Notes under the pieces: model-generated
The model's database searches: none
Told to the model about the DNA's origin: nothing
Seen by the model: only the letters and a program-made list of their open reading frames with translations
Made by a program: the position numbers and the translations under genes
From: an uncultured Verrucomicrobiae bacterium
GTDB lineage: Bacteria; Verrucomicrobiota; Verrucomicrobiia; Limisphaerales; SIBH01
Assembly: GCA_963760275.1 (NCBI GenBank)
Contig: CAVXCM010000013.1
Span: forward strand, 910,653 to 974,652
DNA: 64,000 nt
Direction of reading: 5' to 3'
Shown here: positions 47,481-58,556 of the stretch, piece by piece
Layout: each line of letters begins with the position of its first letter
Numbering within the stretch: the first letter of the stretch is position 1

Positions 47481-48090
47481 CATGATTCATTTCCTTCGCG
47501 GCAAACTGGTCGACGCCTTGCCCACGCAAATCACCGTGGATGTAGGAGGCGTCGGATACGACGTTTTGATTCCGTTGTCTTCCTTCGATAAACTTCCCTC
47601 CCGCGGCGGTGAATTCACCATCCTCACCCATCTGTCCATTCGCGAGGATGCACACGTGCTTTATGGGTTTATGACCGCGGGCGAGCGCGACATGTTTCGA
47701 CTTTTGATCAACGCGGTGAGCGGCATCGGCCCCAAAACCGCACTGAACATCCTGAGCGGGGTGAATATCGGCGCACTGCGCACGGCGGTGGCGATGGGGG
47801 ATGTGAAGTCGCTCTCGCAAATCAGCGGCGTAGGCAAGAAAACGGCCGAACGCATTGTGGTGGAATTGAGGGACAAGCTCGGCAAATCCGCCATCCTGGA
47901 ACCCGGGGCTGGCGGGCGTCCTTCCATGAATCCGGACGATCAAAAGTTTAACGACGCCATTGCGGCACTGCTCGCGCTGGGTTTCAAACAACCGGATGCT
48001 CACGAGGCAGTGCGGGGCGCCCAAGCTGTCCTGGGTGCAGAAGCCAGCGTCGAGCAACTGGTGCGCGCATCGCTCAAGAAGGGCGCCTAG
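47481..48090 (+). CDS. ruvA: Holliday junction branch-migration complex subunit RuvA
   Basis: MIHFLRGKLVDALPTQITVDVGGVGYDVLIPLSSF..., HhH motifs SGIGPKTALNIL and ISGVGKKTAERIVVEL. Confidence 0.93.
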
Positions 48091-48091
48091 C

Positions 48092-48802
48092 ATGGCGGAA
48101 AGTTCCCCAGCTAATTCTGCGATTCCCGCCAAGGGAAGTCGCGTGGTGGTTCCCCGGCAATTGAAGCTGCGTCATCACTTGGGCGCCTTCCTTCTCTACG
48201 TGGGCTTCCGCTTGTTTTCGTTCACCTGGCGATGCCGTTACGTGGACCCGCACGGCTTCCTCAACCAACCGGCGCGTTCGGTGATTTATTGCTCCTGGCA
48301 CAATCGGCTCGCTCTCTCCATGACCATCTGGGAACGGGTTCGTCGCAAAGCGGGTCCCCCTTCTAAATTGGCCGCGCTGATCAGTGCCAGTCACGACGGA
48401 GGGTTGCTGGCCAAGGCGCTTAGTTACTTTCAGGTGGAAGCCGTGCGCGGATCATCGAGTCGCCGCGGCGCCCAGGCACTCCTCGAACTGACGTCGTACA
48501 CCGATCAGGGCTACAGCGTTGCCATCACGCCAGACGGCCCGCGTGGTCCGCGTTACGTGGTGCGAGACGGGATCATCGCGCTGGCCCAGCTAACCGGTTC
48601 CCCCATCATCCCGGTCTCAGTTCACATCCGGGGGAAACTTGTGCTGAAAAGCTGGGATCGCTTTCAGGTCCCGTGGCCGTTCGCGCGATGTGAAATTCGA
48701 ATCGGGATGCCTCTTCATATACCGCGGGAGCCGACCGAGGAACGACGCACCGCACTCAAAGAGGAGTTGCAGCGGCGGATGATGGAACTGACCGAGGATT
48801 GA
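48092..48802 (+). CDS. DUF374-domain protein (lysophospholipid acyltransferase-like)
   Basis: VIYCSWHNRLAL...SASHDGGLLAKAL...VRGSSSRRGAQALLEL...AITPDGPRGPRY. ATG lies 1 nt after the ruvA stop. Confidence 0.7.
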   Translation: MAESSPANSAIPAKGSRVVVPRQLKLRHHLGAFLLYVGFRLFSFTWRCRYVDPHGFLNQPARSVIYCSWHNRLALSMTIWERVRRKAGPPSKLAALISASHDGGLLAKALSYFQVEAVRGSSSRRGAQALLELTSYTDQGYSVAITPDGPRGPRYVVRDGIIALAQLTGSPIIPVSVHIRGKLVLKSWDRFQVPWPFARCEIRIGMPLHIPREPTEERRTALKEELQRRMMELTED

Positions 48803-48813
48803 GTTGCTACCGC

Positions 48814-49407
48814 TTACGGGGAGAAATCTTGTCGGTATTTTTCCCGCCGCTTCTGCACTGCAAGAACATATTCCTTCGTGGACGGAAATCCGATTTGCTT
48901 GATGAAGGCCGCGCTGTTGGTAGCCGCTTCCGCAGTCATCCATTTCAACGCATTCGCGCGGCCGGCATTGTAATCGGCGAGCGCATACGGCACCGGGTCA
49001 TCCGTCTTGTTGTAGCGCGACAACGACTTGCGCAGATACCACGTTCCGCAATCGATGTTAAGCGATGGGTTCCACAACATCGACTCGGAGAAGGACGACA
49101 TACGCTGGGCTCCGGCCCAATCCAATGCCGTATTTTCCATGATTTGCATCAGCCCGGTTTCGCCTTTGCTGCCTCGTGCCTTCGGGTTGAACCGGCTTTC
49201 ACGCCATACCACCGCCTTGATCAAGGCCGCATCCACGCCGTATTTGCGCGAGGCGGCGAGAATGTTTTTGTCCTGGCTGGATTCAATGCGGAGGCGCCGC
49301 CATTCAAACGTGAGAAAGCTTCCAAGCATCAATCCAAGCAATACCAGGGCAACCGGCCAACGCCATTTAGTCGTTCGAAATTGAGCTCTGGAGCGAGCGC
49401 TACTCAT
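48814..49407 (-). CDS. lytic transglycosylase (SLT domain), membrane-anchored
   Basis: TM anchor WRWPVALVLLGLMLGSFL. SLT motifs AVVWRESRFNPKARGSKGETGLMQIM and YNAG. Confidence 0.8.
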   Translation of the reverse strand: MSSARSRAQFRTTKWRWPVALVLLGLMLGSFLTFEWRRLRIESSQDKNILAASRKYGVDAALIKAVVWRESRFNPKARGSKGETGLMQIMENTALDWAGAQRMSSFSESMLWNPSLNIDCGTWYLRKSLSRYNKTDDPVPYALADYNAGRANALKWMTAEAATNSAAFIKQIGFPSTKEYVLAVQKRREKYRQDFSP

Positions 49408-49422
49408 TTGAAATTGCCCCGT

Positions 49423-51100
49423 TTACTTCCGCTCGTAGATCAACGTGCCCAGGGTGAAGTTCAATTTCTCCTGATCGCCGGTCACATCGTTGATAGTCCC
49501 AAGAAAATCCCCGGCGCGATTCAACAGGTCAGCGCGCTTCTCATTCTCGCTCACGACGCGCAGCAACTGATGTTCGGTCACGCCAATGCCTGGACCGGTC
49601 ACATCGTTGTTGTCCTGCATCTCGATCCAGAACTCGATGCGCGTGCCTTCGGCGAGCGGAGGTTGGAAATCGCGGATGCTCCACTCGTAGCGATTCTTCA
49701 TTTCCTTCACGGCGTTGGTGCCCACATCGAGCTGGATGGTTTTGATCTCAGCTTCCTCAGACTCACCGACGCGGTAGCGCAAGCGCGCCTGGGCCAGACG
49801 AAAATCGTCAGTGGCCTCAAACGCTATGGGCTGCACCGCCTGCCGCGTCACCAGCTCCTCCCGTCGATCCGGATAAAGGATGCGCACCTTCGGGGCGCGG
49901 TCCGGCACCACGTCGATTCGGTAAACGGCCGGGTCACGAGTTTCCATGCCGTTGACGGCGACCATTTCGATGGAAAATCCGGAAAGACCTTTGCCAGGAA
50001 TGTCGAACGCGCCATGCAATTCCCGCGGGTTGCTGGCACTGACTTGCAGCGGCACATCATTGCTCAAGCCCGCCAGACGAATGAACGCCTTCTGGATATC
50101 GTCGGTGGCCGTCGCTTGAATGGAAAGTTTGCTGCCCGCCAGCAAGGTGAGATCTCCCGGCGCGCGCTTCGTTTTCGGCAAGCCGGTGTAGGCGGGAAAC
50201 GTTTGCTCGCACTGGATGGATGCCATACTCGGGCGCGGCACCACGGTCACCTGGTAGGCGCGGCTCACGTCCATCATTGAGCCGCACGGTGTAGCTGAAG
50301 TCCTGCTGCACATTTTCCACGGCGCGGAAGAATCTTCCCTCTTTGTCTTTCTCCAGCGGGTATTCCTGCGTCCGTTTGCCGGAAGTTTTAACGACGAGTT
50401 TGCCCGCCCGCGGCACCACGCCGCGCGCTCGTGCTTCGATGCGAAGGCTGTCGCCACGGCCTATGCGCGTGTCACCCGTGATGATTTCGACACGGGTATG
50501 GCGGGGGACGAGAGTGGATGAAAGAAACGCTCGTTTGAGCAGGTCATGGCTTACGTCGCCGCCATACATGAAGGAAAAAATCCCCAGGACCAGCACGGCG
50601 AATGACCAGGTCATTATCTTCCGCAGTTCTTTGGTGGGAATCACCTGCGTGAAGTCCATCGGCCGCGCCAGTTCCTCTGTTTCTGCAATCGTCCTGCGCA
50701 CGAGGGAGGTGGCGGCGTTGGCGGGGATCGCGCCCGGTCGGGGAAATTGAATCGATGAAATCAATCGCGAGCGAAAGTGCGGATGCGCTTTTTCAACGCG
50801 AAGCGCAACTGAGTCGTCGTCTGGCTGCCGGCGAATGGGTGTGACAACAAAGCGCCATGTTACAAAGCCGGTGACTCCCAACACGATGCAAAGCAGAACA
50901 GTTCGCACCCCGAGCGGAAAATCCAGCCACCAATCCAGCAGCATGGACGTGGCGAGCAGAATGATGAACACGCCCACCGCCATGCTGGCGCCCGTGCCCG
51001 CCGCGACACCGACTTGCTTGCGCCGGACGGCAGCAATTTTCTCCGTGAGCAGAGCGCTCGGGGCTAAACGTGGCTCTTGGGCGGGTGGTTCAGCAATCAT
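49423..51100 (-). CDS. membrane protein of unknown function (DUF4175-like, uncertain), one +1 frame break at about 50271
   Basis: Start MIAEPPAQEPR overlaps the upstream stop (ATGA at 51097-51100). Two TM helices (GASMAVGVFIILLATSMLL, VRTVLLCIVLGVTGFVTW). The N-part is in the frame of ORF 50057..51181 and the C-part is ORF 49423..50457, joined at VRLND/DVSRAYQVTVVP. Confidence 0.6.
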
Positions 51101-53528
51101 TTCAGTTGCGACATCTTCCTCAACACCCATTCCCCGGTCAGCACCAGCAGCATCAGCATGAAATAAAGCGGTGAAGACCACAGCTCCACCTCCAGGGGCG
51201 ATTTAACGCGCTCCGTTTTTGCCGCGATTGTGTCAGGCAGCTTGAACAAATCTTCTTCGCGGAAGAATGCACCGCCGCTGGCCGTCGCGATCTCGCGCAG
51301 CATCGCTTCGTTCATCGCCGTCTCGCCGAACTCGAACTTGGGTTCGGTGACGGCGAAGTCGAGCGGCGTGTCCAGATCCTGGTCGATGAAGAACTGGTAC
51401 TGTCCGGCCAGTGGAGCGATGAATTCGCCACGATAGAGCCCGGGGTGATCGGGCGCAGAACGCAGGATGACTTCCGTTTGTTTGCCGCCGCTGCGCACGC
51501 CGAACACACCCTTGACCGAGGCTTCCTGCAACGGTTCCGCCCCGGATGTTTGCAGGCGCGCAAAAACCAGCACGCGCTCGCCCGTCACGTAACTTTTCTT
51601 GTCGGTTGAAAGGCGCGTGCGCTTGGAGCCGCCCAGCACATGCAGCATCGCCATCCGTTGCGCGACCTGACCCCACAGCGTGGTGTAATACAAATCGCCG
51701 ACGTTCTTGCGCCAGCGCCAGGTGTTGTCGGTGCCGACATACATCACCTGTCCCTGGCCATATTGTTGCATCGCGACGACCGGCATCTTTCCGAAACGCG
51801 ATTCCTTGCCGGGATCGGGATCGACCAGCAGCACTTCGGCGGCGGGCTTGGGACGGGAAACTTTTGCGACCCAATAGACCGGGCGGCAATTGTTTCCAGA
51901 TCGCCACGCTCTCTTCGTCGCGGTCGGAGAGTCGCATCATCAGGTTGGCGCGGCCCGCCGCGGTGAGTTCCAGGCGGATGGGCTTGTCCGCCACCGGATC
52001 GGTTGCCGTGACGGTCACGCCGTCGAACTCCACCGGCAACATCTTGTCGAGGACGGTGCGTCGGTAGGCGTGGGGCGCAAACTTTTTGCCGGCGAGAAGC
52101 ACAAACGAACCACCCAACTCGGACACGAAATAGCTGACCGTCTCCAACTGGCCAGGGGTGAAGCTTGCGCGGATCGATGTCGCCAAAGATCACGAGGTCA
52201 TACTTCGCGATCTCCTCCTGCCGGGCGGGGAAATGGTCCATGTACGGAGTGTTGGTGCCGCGCGCGATCGCCGGATCCGATTCGACAAGGAAACATTTGA
52301 GGTCCACGCGGCGGTCGCGCAGGAGCATGGCTTGAAGGTAGCGGAACTCCCAGCGGGGTGACTGGTCCGCGAGCAGGATGCGGATCTTGCTGTCCACAAC
52401 CCGGATTGAATGGGTGGCAGAATTGTTCTCCTTCACCGTTTCATCCTCGCGCGGATCGATGGATGCGGTGAGCTCGAACTGACCCTGGTTCTGTGGCGTA
52501 AAATTCAGCGCGACGACTTGTTCGCCATCGGCGCCGAAGAGGATTTCTTTCTCAGCCACCGTGGTGCTGTCCAATTGGAGTTTCACTTTCGCGCTTTGCC
52601 CGCTCAGCCCCTGCGAGCGGACGCGTACGGTCACCGAGACCTCATCTTTCACGAACGTCACGTCGGGCGCGAAGAGGTTGGCTACAATGATGTCCCGCGG
52701 CGAGGTGATGCCCACGCCATAGATATAAAGCGGCACGCCTTCGGACCGCAATTGGGCGGCGGCATCGCGTGGTTGGGAGCCACTGTTGTTGGCGCCGTCC
52801 GTTACGAGCACGATACCGGCGAGCGGCTGGCCCCGCTTGCGATTGATGACCTCTCGCAATGAATCGCCGATGGGTGTCAGCGGGCTGGCAGGCGCGAGCT
52901 TGTCCACCCAGGTGTAGTCATCGATCTTGCGCGACTCGTTGGTCTTCGTTTCTGGACGGGACAACTGTGCGACGCCCTGGCCGAAGGTAAAGGGATCGAG
53001 GTCAAAGTTTTTCTCCAGCCTCGGCAGCAAGTTAAGGCGGGGATTCTTCATTGCGCTGCGGACCACCTCCACGCGGGCCATTTGCTCGACCTCCCTGGCG
53101 CGAACGGCATTAAGAGGTTGGCCTAATCCTTTGTCCGGTTCGAGGATGTTTCGCGCCAGCGCTGCGCGTTTCTGATCCGCTGCATCCACGCGCGGGTCCT
53201 TGATGTTCATGCTGGAAGATTCGTCGATGAGCATGACGAGTGACCGGCGGATGCTTCCCTCGACGGTGAGGGCCAGGATTGGGCGCAGCAACAGGCCAAG
53301 TACGAGGAGAAAGAACACGAGCCGTAGAGAAGTCAGGAGATATTTGCGCGGGCGTGAAATCGTCTGGGGTGTCCATGCATAGCTCCACCAGGTGAGGATG
53401 CCGAGGACCAGCGCACCAAAGATGATCCAGGGCAGGGGAACCCCGCCGCGGAAAGCAAGGGAGGTCTTACTGATGGCGAGGGCATCGTCCATCGGTGTGC
53501 CGAGAAGTTTGAGGAGGAGTTCGGTCAT
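51097..53528 (-). CDS. membrane-anchored VWA-domain protein with C-terminal TM helix, two +1 frame breaks at about 52165 and about 51881
   Basis: Start MTELLLKLLG overlaps the BatA-like stop (ATGA at 53525-53528). VWA MIDAS-like LVMLIDESSSM and IVLVTDGANNSG. Frames run 51744..53666, then 51233..52186, then 51097..51834. The C-terminus LYFMLMLLVLTGEWVL is a TM helix. Confidence 0.7.
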
Positions 53529-55717
53529 TTTGGTCGGCTGAACCACTGGCCCAGAAATGTTTCGGTAGCCGCCACAAGCATGGCGAGGATGACAATGGGC
53601 AGCCAGAACTCCGCGCCACTGCGGGCGTACTGAACCTGGCTTTTCAAGGACATGCCCGGAGCCCACTCAACGACATGAGCGGCGGTGCTGAGCAGTTTCT
53701 TTTGCTCGGTGGAAAGTTCGTCGAGGGAGGATTCAGAGCCATCCGGCTGGGCGGCGAAGCGAAGCACACTGCGTGTATCGCCGATGCCGACTTCGTAGAT
53801 GCCGGACAGGTCAGTGCCTTCGTATTGGAGCATTGGCCATCCGTTGACCAGTTCAATGCGGCGTTGTTCGAGCAGCGCATCGGTGGCCCGTGGTTTGAAA
53901 ATGCGCGCTTCCTTGTCGAGCAGTTCGGAGGCAAGCCGGCGCACAAACTTCTCGCCGACGCGCACGTTCAACCCTTCATCCTGTCGCTGCACCAGGGCGC
54001 CGAGCGTGCGGTGGATAATTGGCACGAAAGACGGTCGGACGGGAAGATCGTTCCAGGCGGTGTCTGCCGTGCTGGCGAACATGACGACGCGCCCGAGGCC
54101 GTGGGTGTGTTCGATAATGCCCGGGGTGCCATGCGTGAACTTCGCCACGATCTGCGGAGCGCCCCCTTCCGTCTCGGTCGCCGGGGAGGCGTTGGTGGTG
54201 CTATTGATTCTGACCGGCAGGAGGTCATGGGCACGATAAAAACGGACGGACGACAACGTCCCCGCGTTGGGATCATTCCAGAGCGAGACGATGCCGTGCT
54301 CCAAACTGCGATCCTGCAGGGTGAAGAAACTGACGTCCTGGTCTGCATTGCCCCGCGCGGGGCCGAATGTGGCCGGCAGGAGACGGTACTTTCCCGCCAG
54401 TTGCTCGTTATAGAAAACCGGATTGATCCGGTTGCCGGAAAAGATCATCAAGCCGCCGCCGCGCCGGACGTATTGCTCGAGGTTCTTGGCGACCGAATCA
54501 GCGAAGTCAGCGACGTTGGCGAGGACGACCGCGTCGAAATCATCCAGGCGCGCCGTCGAAAACTCGGAGGCGATCAGGCGGGAAATCTTGATGAAATAAT
54601 TAGCCTGCTCGCTGGAAGGCACGGGAATCAGCGCGTGACGAAGGAAGAACGTTTCGCTGTCGCGCGCCTCGGCGCCGGGATCGCCATCGATGAGCAGGAC
54701 CCGCACTTCTTTGATGGCCCGAACGGCGAGGGTTCGTTTGTCGTCTGCCGGCAAGCGATCTTCGGCAAGGCGCACGACGATGGAGTGAAAGCCTTCGGTA
54801 CGGAGCTTCGCGAAAAGCGAGACGCTCTTGCTACCACCCGGCGGAAGCGCGTCGATGGTAAACTCATCGCTCGGCGGCTCGTTATCGGTGCTGAGGCTCA
54901 CCCGCACATTGCTCACTGGTTCGCGGCCGAGATTGCTAACTCTCGCTTCGAAACGCACAGGCTGGTTTACCGGCGTGAGACCGCTGGCGTTCCGCAAATC
55001 TGTCACGGCGAGGTTGCGTTCCTCATGTTCGTTGACCAACACGATGTGACTCGCAACGTCGCGCTGCGAACTTTCGAGGAGCTTCTGGATTTCGGTCAAT
55101 TGCTTCCAACCCACCAGCTGTCCGTCGGTGACCAGATAAATTTCTTTACGGATGCCGATGCGCTGCTTGAGCGTGTCGAGCGCGCGCTGAACGGCGGGCA
55201 GCAGGTCGGTGGCGCGGTCTGTGAGTGGAGCTTCGCGGATGGCTTTGCGAGCGAGATTAAAATCAAAAGTCGGCTCAGGGATTGCGCCGAAGGCGATGTC
55301 TGAGGCGAGGAACACAGCCGCGGACGAGCCGTTGGGCATGGCCTCCAGCGCCTCCTCAGCCGCCTTCTTGGCCTTTTCGAAACGCGTCATCGACCCGTCA
55401 CTCATTCCCATGCTGGCAGAATTATCCACGATGATCGCGCCGGTGACTTTCGACTGCCCGAAAAAGTCGCTGCTCGAATTCTGAAACGCCGGTCGCGCCA
55501 GGGCGAACGCGAGCAAGGCAAGCAGGAGGCAACGCAGGGCCAGCAGAATCATGTCCTCAACGCGCATCCGTCGCTGATTGCGCTCCACGCTGGTTTGAAT
55601 GAATCGCATCGCCGCCCACACGACCTTCTGAAATTTCCGTCGGTTGAGCAGATGAATGATGATCGGAACGGAAACCGCCGCCAGGCCGAAAAGGAGAAGT
55701 GGATTGAGGAAGCCCAT
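53525..55717 (-). CDS. BatA-type protein: N-terminal double-TM aerotolerance-regulator domain plus VWA domain
   Basis: MGFLNPLLLFGLAAVSVPIIIHLLNRRKF (BatA_N / TIGR02226-type). VWA IIVDNSASMGMSDGSMTRFEKAKKAAEEAL. C-terminal TM helix. Confidence 0.8.
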   Translation of the reverse strand: MGFLNPLLLFGLAAVSVPIIIHLLNRRKFQKVVWAAMRFIQTSVERNQRRMRVEDMILLALRCLLLALLAFALARPAFQNSSSDFFGQSKVTGAIIVDNSASMGMSDGSMTRFEKAKKAAEEALEAMPNGSSAAVFLASDIAFGAIPEPTFDFNLARKAIREAPLTDRATDLLPAVQRALDTLKQRIGIRKEIYLVTDGQLVGWKQLTEIQKLLESSQRDVASHIVLVNEHEERNLAVTDLRNASGLTPVNQPVRFEARVSNLGREPVSNVRVSLSTDNEPPSDEFTIDALPPGGSKSVSLFAKLRTEGFHSIVVRLAEDRLPADDKRTLAVRAIKEVRVLLIDGDPGAEARDSETFFLRHALIPVPSSEQANYFIKISRLIASEFSTARLDDFDAVVLANVADFADSVAKNLEQYVRRGGGLMIFSGNRINPVFYNEQLAGKYRLLPATFGPARGNADQDVSFFTLQDRSLEHGIVSLWNDPNAGTLSSVRFYRAHDLLPVRINSTTNASPATETEGGAPQIVAKFTHGTPGIIEHTHGLGRVVMFASTADTAWNDLPVRPSFVPIIHRTLGALVQRQDEGLNVRVGEKFVRRLASELLDKEARIFKPRATDALLEQRRIELVNGWPMLQYEGTDLSGIYEVGIGDTRSVLRFAAQPDGSESSLDELSTEQKKLLSTAAHVVEWAPGMSLKSQVQYARSGAEFWLPIVILAMLVAATETFLGQWFSRPK

Positions 55718-55721
55718 TCGA

Positions 55722-56633
55722 TCAGCGCGTGGTCGTGCGCAAGCGGAACGCCAGATAACCGCTCAAGACTTCGTGCAAGGGTTCCGCGGTGTTCACGAGC
55801 AGATAGTGCGATTGGTTTTTCTCGCAGCCCTCACGGAGGCGATCGCGGAAGGCCTGCACTTCGCGCAGATAACTTTTTCGCAACTCAGCCGGGCGCGTCA
55901 GGATTTTCGGAATGTTCTCGAAACCTTCAAATTCAACAAGGCCGGTAAAGGGAAACTCCAGTTCGAACGGGTCCATGACGTGAAAGCAAATCACCTCGTT
56001 GCCGCCAAAGCGCAAATGCTGGATGCCTTCGAGCACCTTCGCCTCGTCATCGAAGAAATCGCTAATGACGATGACGATGCCCTTGCGCCGAAGCTGGTTC
56101 GCCATGTCGTGCAGCACGGTGGAGATGTTCGTCTGCTGCGCGGGTTGAAAGGCGGCGAGGCGCGCCATGAGCCGGTGAATGGTCGAGCGATTGTCGCTGC
56201 GCGGTGAATAGTCGCGCACGGTCTGATCAAAGATTCCGAGGGCCGCGGCATCGCGCTGGTGCAGGATGAGGAAGGCGAGGCAGGCGGCGATTTGTTTGCC
56301 GTACTCGAACTTGGTGATTTTGCCCGAGCCGTATTTCATCGACTCACTGCCATCGAGCAGGATGTTCGCGACGTAATTCGTCTCCTGCTCGTATTGCTTG
56401 ATGTAGTAACGATCGGTCCGGCCGAGGACTTTCCAATCGAGATGCCGCGTGTCGTCACCGTGTGTGTATTCGCGATGCTGGGCGAACTCTATGGCAAAAC
56501 CGCGATACGGCGACTTGTGCTCGCCCGCCATGTAACCCTCAACCACGTAGCGCGCCTGCAATCCCAACGCTTCCGCGCGGGAAATGGTCTGCGGGTCAAG
56601 TAGTTGATCGAGGTGAGCCTGGTCCATGGGCAA
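55722..56633 (-). CDS. DUF58-domain protein
   Basis: GEHKSPYRGFAIEFAQHREYTHGDDTRHLDWKVLGRTDRYYIKQYEQETN is the characteristic DUF58 core. Confidence 0.85.
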   Translation of the reverse strand: MPMDQAHLDQLLDPQTISRAEALGLQARYVVEGYMAGEHKSPYRGFAIEFAQHREYTHGDDTRHLDWKVLGRTDRYYIKQYEQETNYVANILLDGSESMKYGSGKITKFEYGKQIAACLAFLILHQRDAAALGIFDQTVRDYSPRSDNRSTIHRLMARLAAFQPAQQTNISTVLHDMANQLRRKGIVIVISDFFDDEAKVLEGIQHLRFGGNEVICFHVMDPFELEFPFTGLVEFEGFENIPKILTRPAELRKSYLREVQAFRDRLREGCEKNQSHYLLVNTAEPLHEVLSGYLAFRLRTTTR

Positions 56634-56651
56634 CGATTTCTGACGGGACGT

Positions 56652-57677
56652 TTACGCCGCCAACTTCTCGTCCTTGGGAATGGTTTCGAGGATGCGCCGG
56701 GTAATGTCGTCGCTGGTGACGCCTTCACTCTGGGCGGCGAAATTGGCCACGATGCGGTGACGGAAAATAGGGAGGGCCACGGACGCCACGTCGTCGCAAC
56801 TCACGTAGGTCTGGCCGCGCAGGATGGCACGGGCTTTTGCGGCGAGGATCAGGTTCAACCCGGCGCGCGGCCCGGCGCCCCATGAAAGCCATTTCTTGCA
56901 GAAGTCCAACGCCTCGTCAGTCTTTGGCCGCGTGGATCGCACCAGGCGCTGGGCATAGGCGTAAACATGTTCTGCCACGGGCATGCGGCGAACGATTTGT
57001 TGCAGACGCAGGATTTCGTCGATGCCTAAGACGGCGCTCGGCTTTTCCATGGGCGCGCCGGTGGCCATCTTCATGATCTGCAATTCCTCCGTCGCGGTTG
57101 GATAATCCACAAGAATCATGAACATGAAGCGATCGAGTTGCGCTTCGGGCAGCGGGTAGGTGCCTTCCTGTTCGATGGGGTTTTGAGTAGCCAGGACGAA
57201 GAACGGGTCGGGGAGCGCGAAGTCGTTTCCGCCCACGGTGACTTTGCGTTCCTGCATCGCCTCCAGCATCGCAGCCTGGGTCTTGGGCGGCGTGCGGTTG
57301 ATTTCGTCCGCGAGAATCATGTTGGCGAAGATGGGCCCCTTCAGGAAACGGAACTCGCGCGCATTGGTCTGCGGGTCCTGGAAAATAACTTCGGTTCCCG
57401 TGATGTCGCTGGGCATGAGGTCCGGTGTGAACTGGATGCGCTTGAACGACATGTGCAGCGTCTGGGCCAGGGTGGAGACGAGGAGGGTCTTGGCGAGCCC
57501 GGGCACTCCAACGAGCAGCGCGTGGCTGCGGGTGAAGATGGAAATTAAAGCCTGCTCGACGACTTCCTCCTGCCCCACGATCACTTTGCCCAATTCAGAT
57601 TTGATGCGTGCGGCGGCTTCCTTGAGATGTTCCACGGCCTGCAAGTCCTGATCGCCCACTTGTGACTCAATGCTCAT
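56652..57677 (-). CDS. MoxR-family AAA+ ATPase
   Basis: VIVGQEEVVEQALISIFTRSHALLVGVPGLAKTLLV (Walker A), ILADEINRTPPKTQAAMLEAMQE (Walker B / sensor), FFVLATQNPIEQEGTYPLPEAQLDRF. Confidence 0.92.
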   Translation of the reverse strand: MSIESQVGDQDLQAVEHLKEAAARIKSELGKVIVGQEEVVEQALISIFTRSHALLVGVPGLAKTLLVSTLAQTLHMSFKRIQFTPDLMPSDITGTEVIFQDPQTNAREFRFLKGPIFANMILADEINRTPPKTQAAMLEAMQERKVTVGGNDFALPDPFFVLATQNPIEQEGTYPLPEAQLDRFMFMILVDYPTATEELQIMKMATGAPMEKPSAVLGIDEILRLQQIVRRMPVAEHVYAYAQRLVRSTRPKTDEALDFCKKWLSWGAGPRAGLNLILAAKARAILRGQTYVSCDDVASVALPIFRHRIVANFAAQSEGVTSDDITRRILETIPKDEKLAA

Positions 57678-57815
57678 TCGTTTTCTCCGGGTTAAAGCAC
57701 AGTAGTTAACGGACGGAATGTGTGTTCACAAGGAACATTGAAGTGAACGGGCGGAAAGGGCGGGATCGCTCACTCGCGCCGGCGTGTTTCACGGCACCAG
57801 ATTACAGACACTCAG

Positions 57816-58361
57816 CTACTGGCCATCTACGCCAGCCTTCGTTTCGACCCAGCGCGCCATGAGCCACAAGACGTCGGAAAGGCGATTCAAATAAACGATG
57901 ATTTCATCGTTAACCGCTTCGCCACCCTCCCGAATGCTGCACACCCGGCGCTCGGCGCGGCGGCAGGCGGTGCGAGCTAAATCGAGCAGGGCAGCCAGGG
58001 GAGTGGCGCCGGGAGTGGCCCATCCTTTGAACGAGATTTGTTGCGCCTCCAGGTTCTTCACCAACTCGTCCAGTCGCGAGGTCATGGTCTTCGTAACGAG
58101 AGTGAAGCCATCACGCGCATACCGTTCGAGGTCCGGGGGCGAAGTGGCCAGTTCGCCCATAATTTCCACGAGCTGCTTTTGCGTCGCGAATAATTCATCC
58201 CTCAGCCGGGCGTCGCTGGAATTAGCCCGTGCCATCCCCAGGGCGGCGTTGAGTTCATCGATGGCCCCGTTGGCTTCGATGCGCGGATGGGTTTTGGCGA
58301 CGCGCCGATTATACATCAGGCCGGTGGTGCCGTTGTCGCCTGTTCGGGTGGCTATGCTCAT
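57816..58361 (-). CDS. PduO-type ATP:cob(I)alamin adenosyltransferase
   Basis: TRTGDNGTTGLMYNRRVAKTHPRIEANGAIDELNAALG and the C-terminal helical bundle motifs. Confidence 0.88.
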   Translation of the reverse strand: MSIATRTGDNGTTGLMYNRRVAKTHPRIEANGAIDELNAALGMARANSSDARLRDELFATQKQLVEIMGELATSPPDLERYARDGFTLVTKTMTSRLDELVKNLEAQQISFKGWATPGATPLAALLDLARTACRRAERRVCSIREGGEAVNDEIIVYLNRLSDVLWLMARWVETKAGVDGQ

Positions 58362-58556
58362 TTCAATAATCCGCGCTTAAACGATTGAGCTAATTAAGGT
58401 GCGGGGAAAACCTGTGGGCAAGGCCAATCCCGATGGCCAACGTCCACACGCTGGTTCGCCGGTTCATTTGCATTTCGTCCGCCGCAGCGCAACGACGGGA
58501 TAGTGGATCGGCAGGAATGATTGAAAGGGTTGGTGTAACTCGGCAAGGTTTGTGCC

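Noticed and set aside
58362-58556. Possible cobalamin riboswitch next to the PduO adenosyltransferase (GGTGCGGGGAAAACC... resembles the riboswitch 5' region).
   Set aside because: No B12-box-like element (GCCACTG / AGYCMGGAGACCKGCC type) is present on either strand. On the plus strand the downstream gene is a TPR protein. This needs cmscan to exclude formally.
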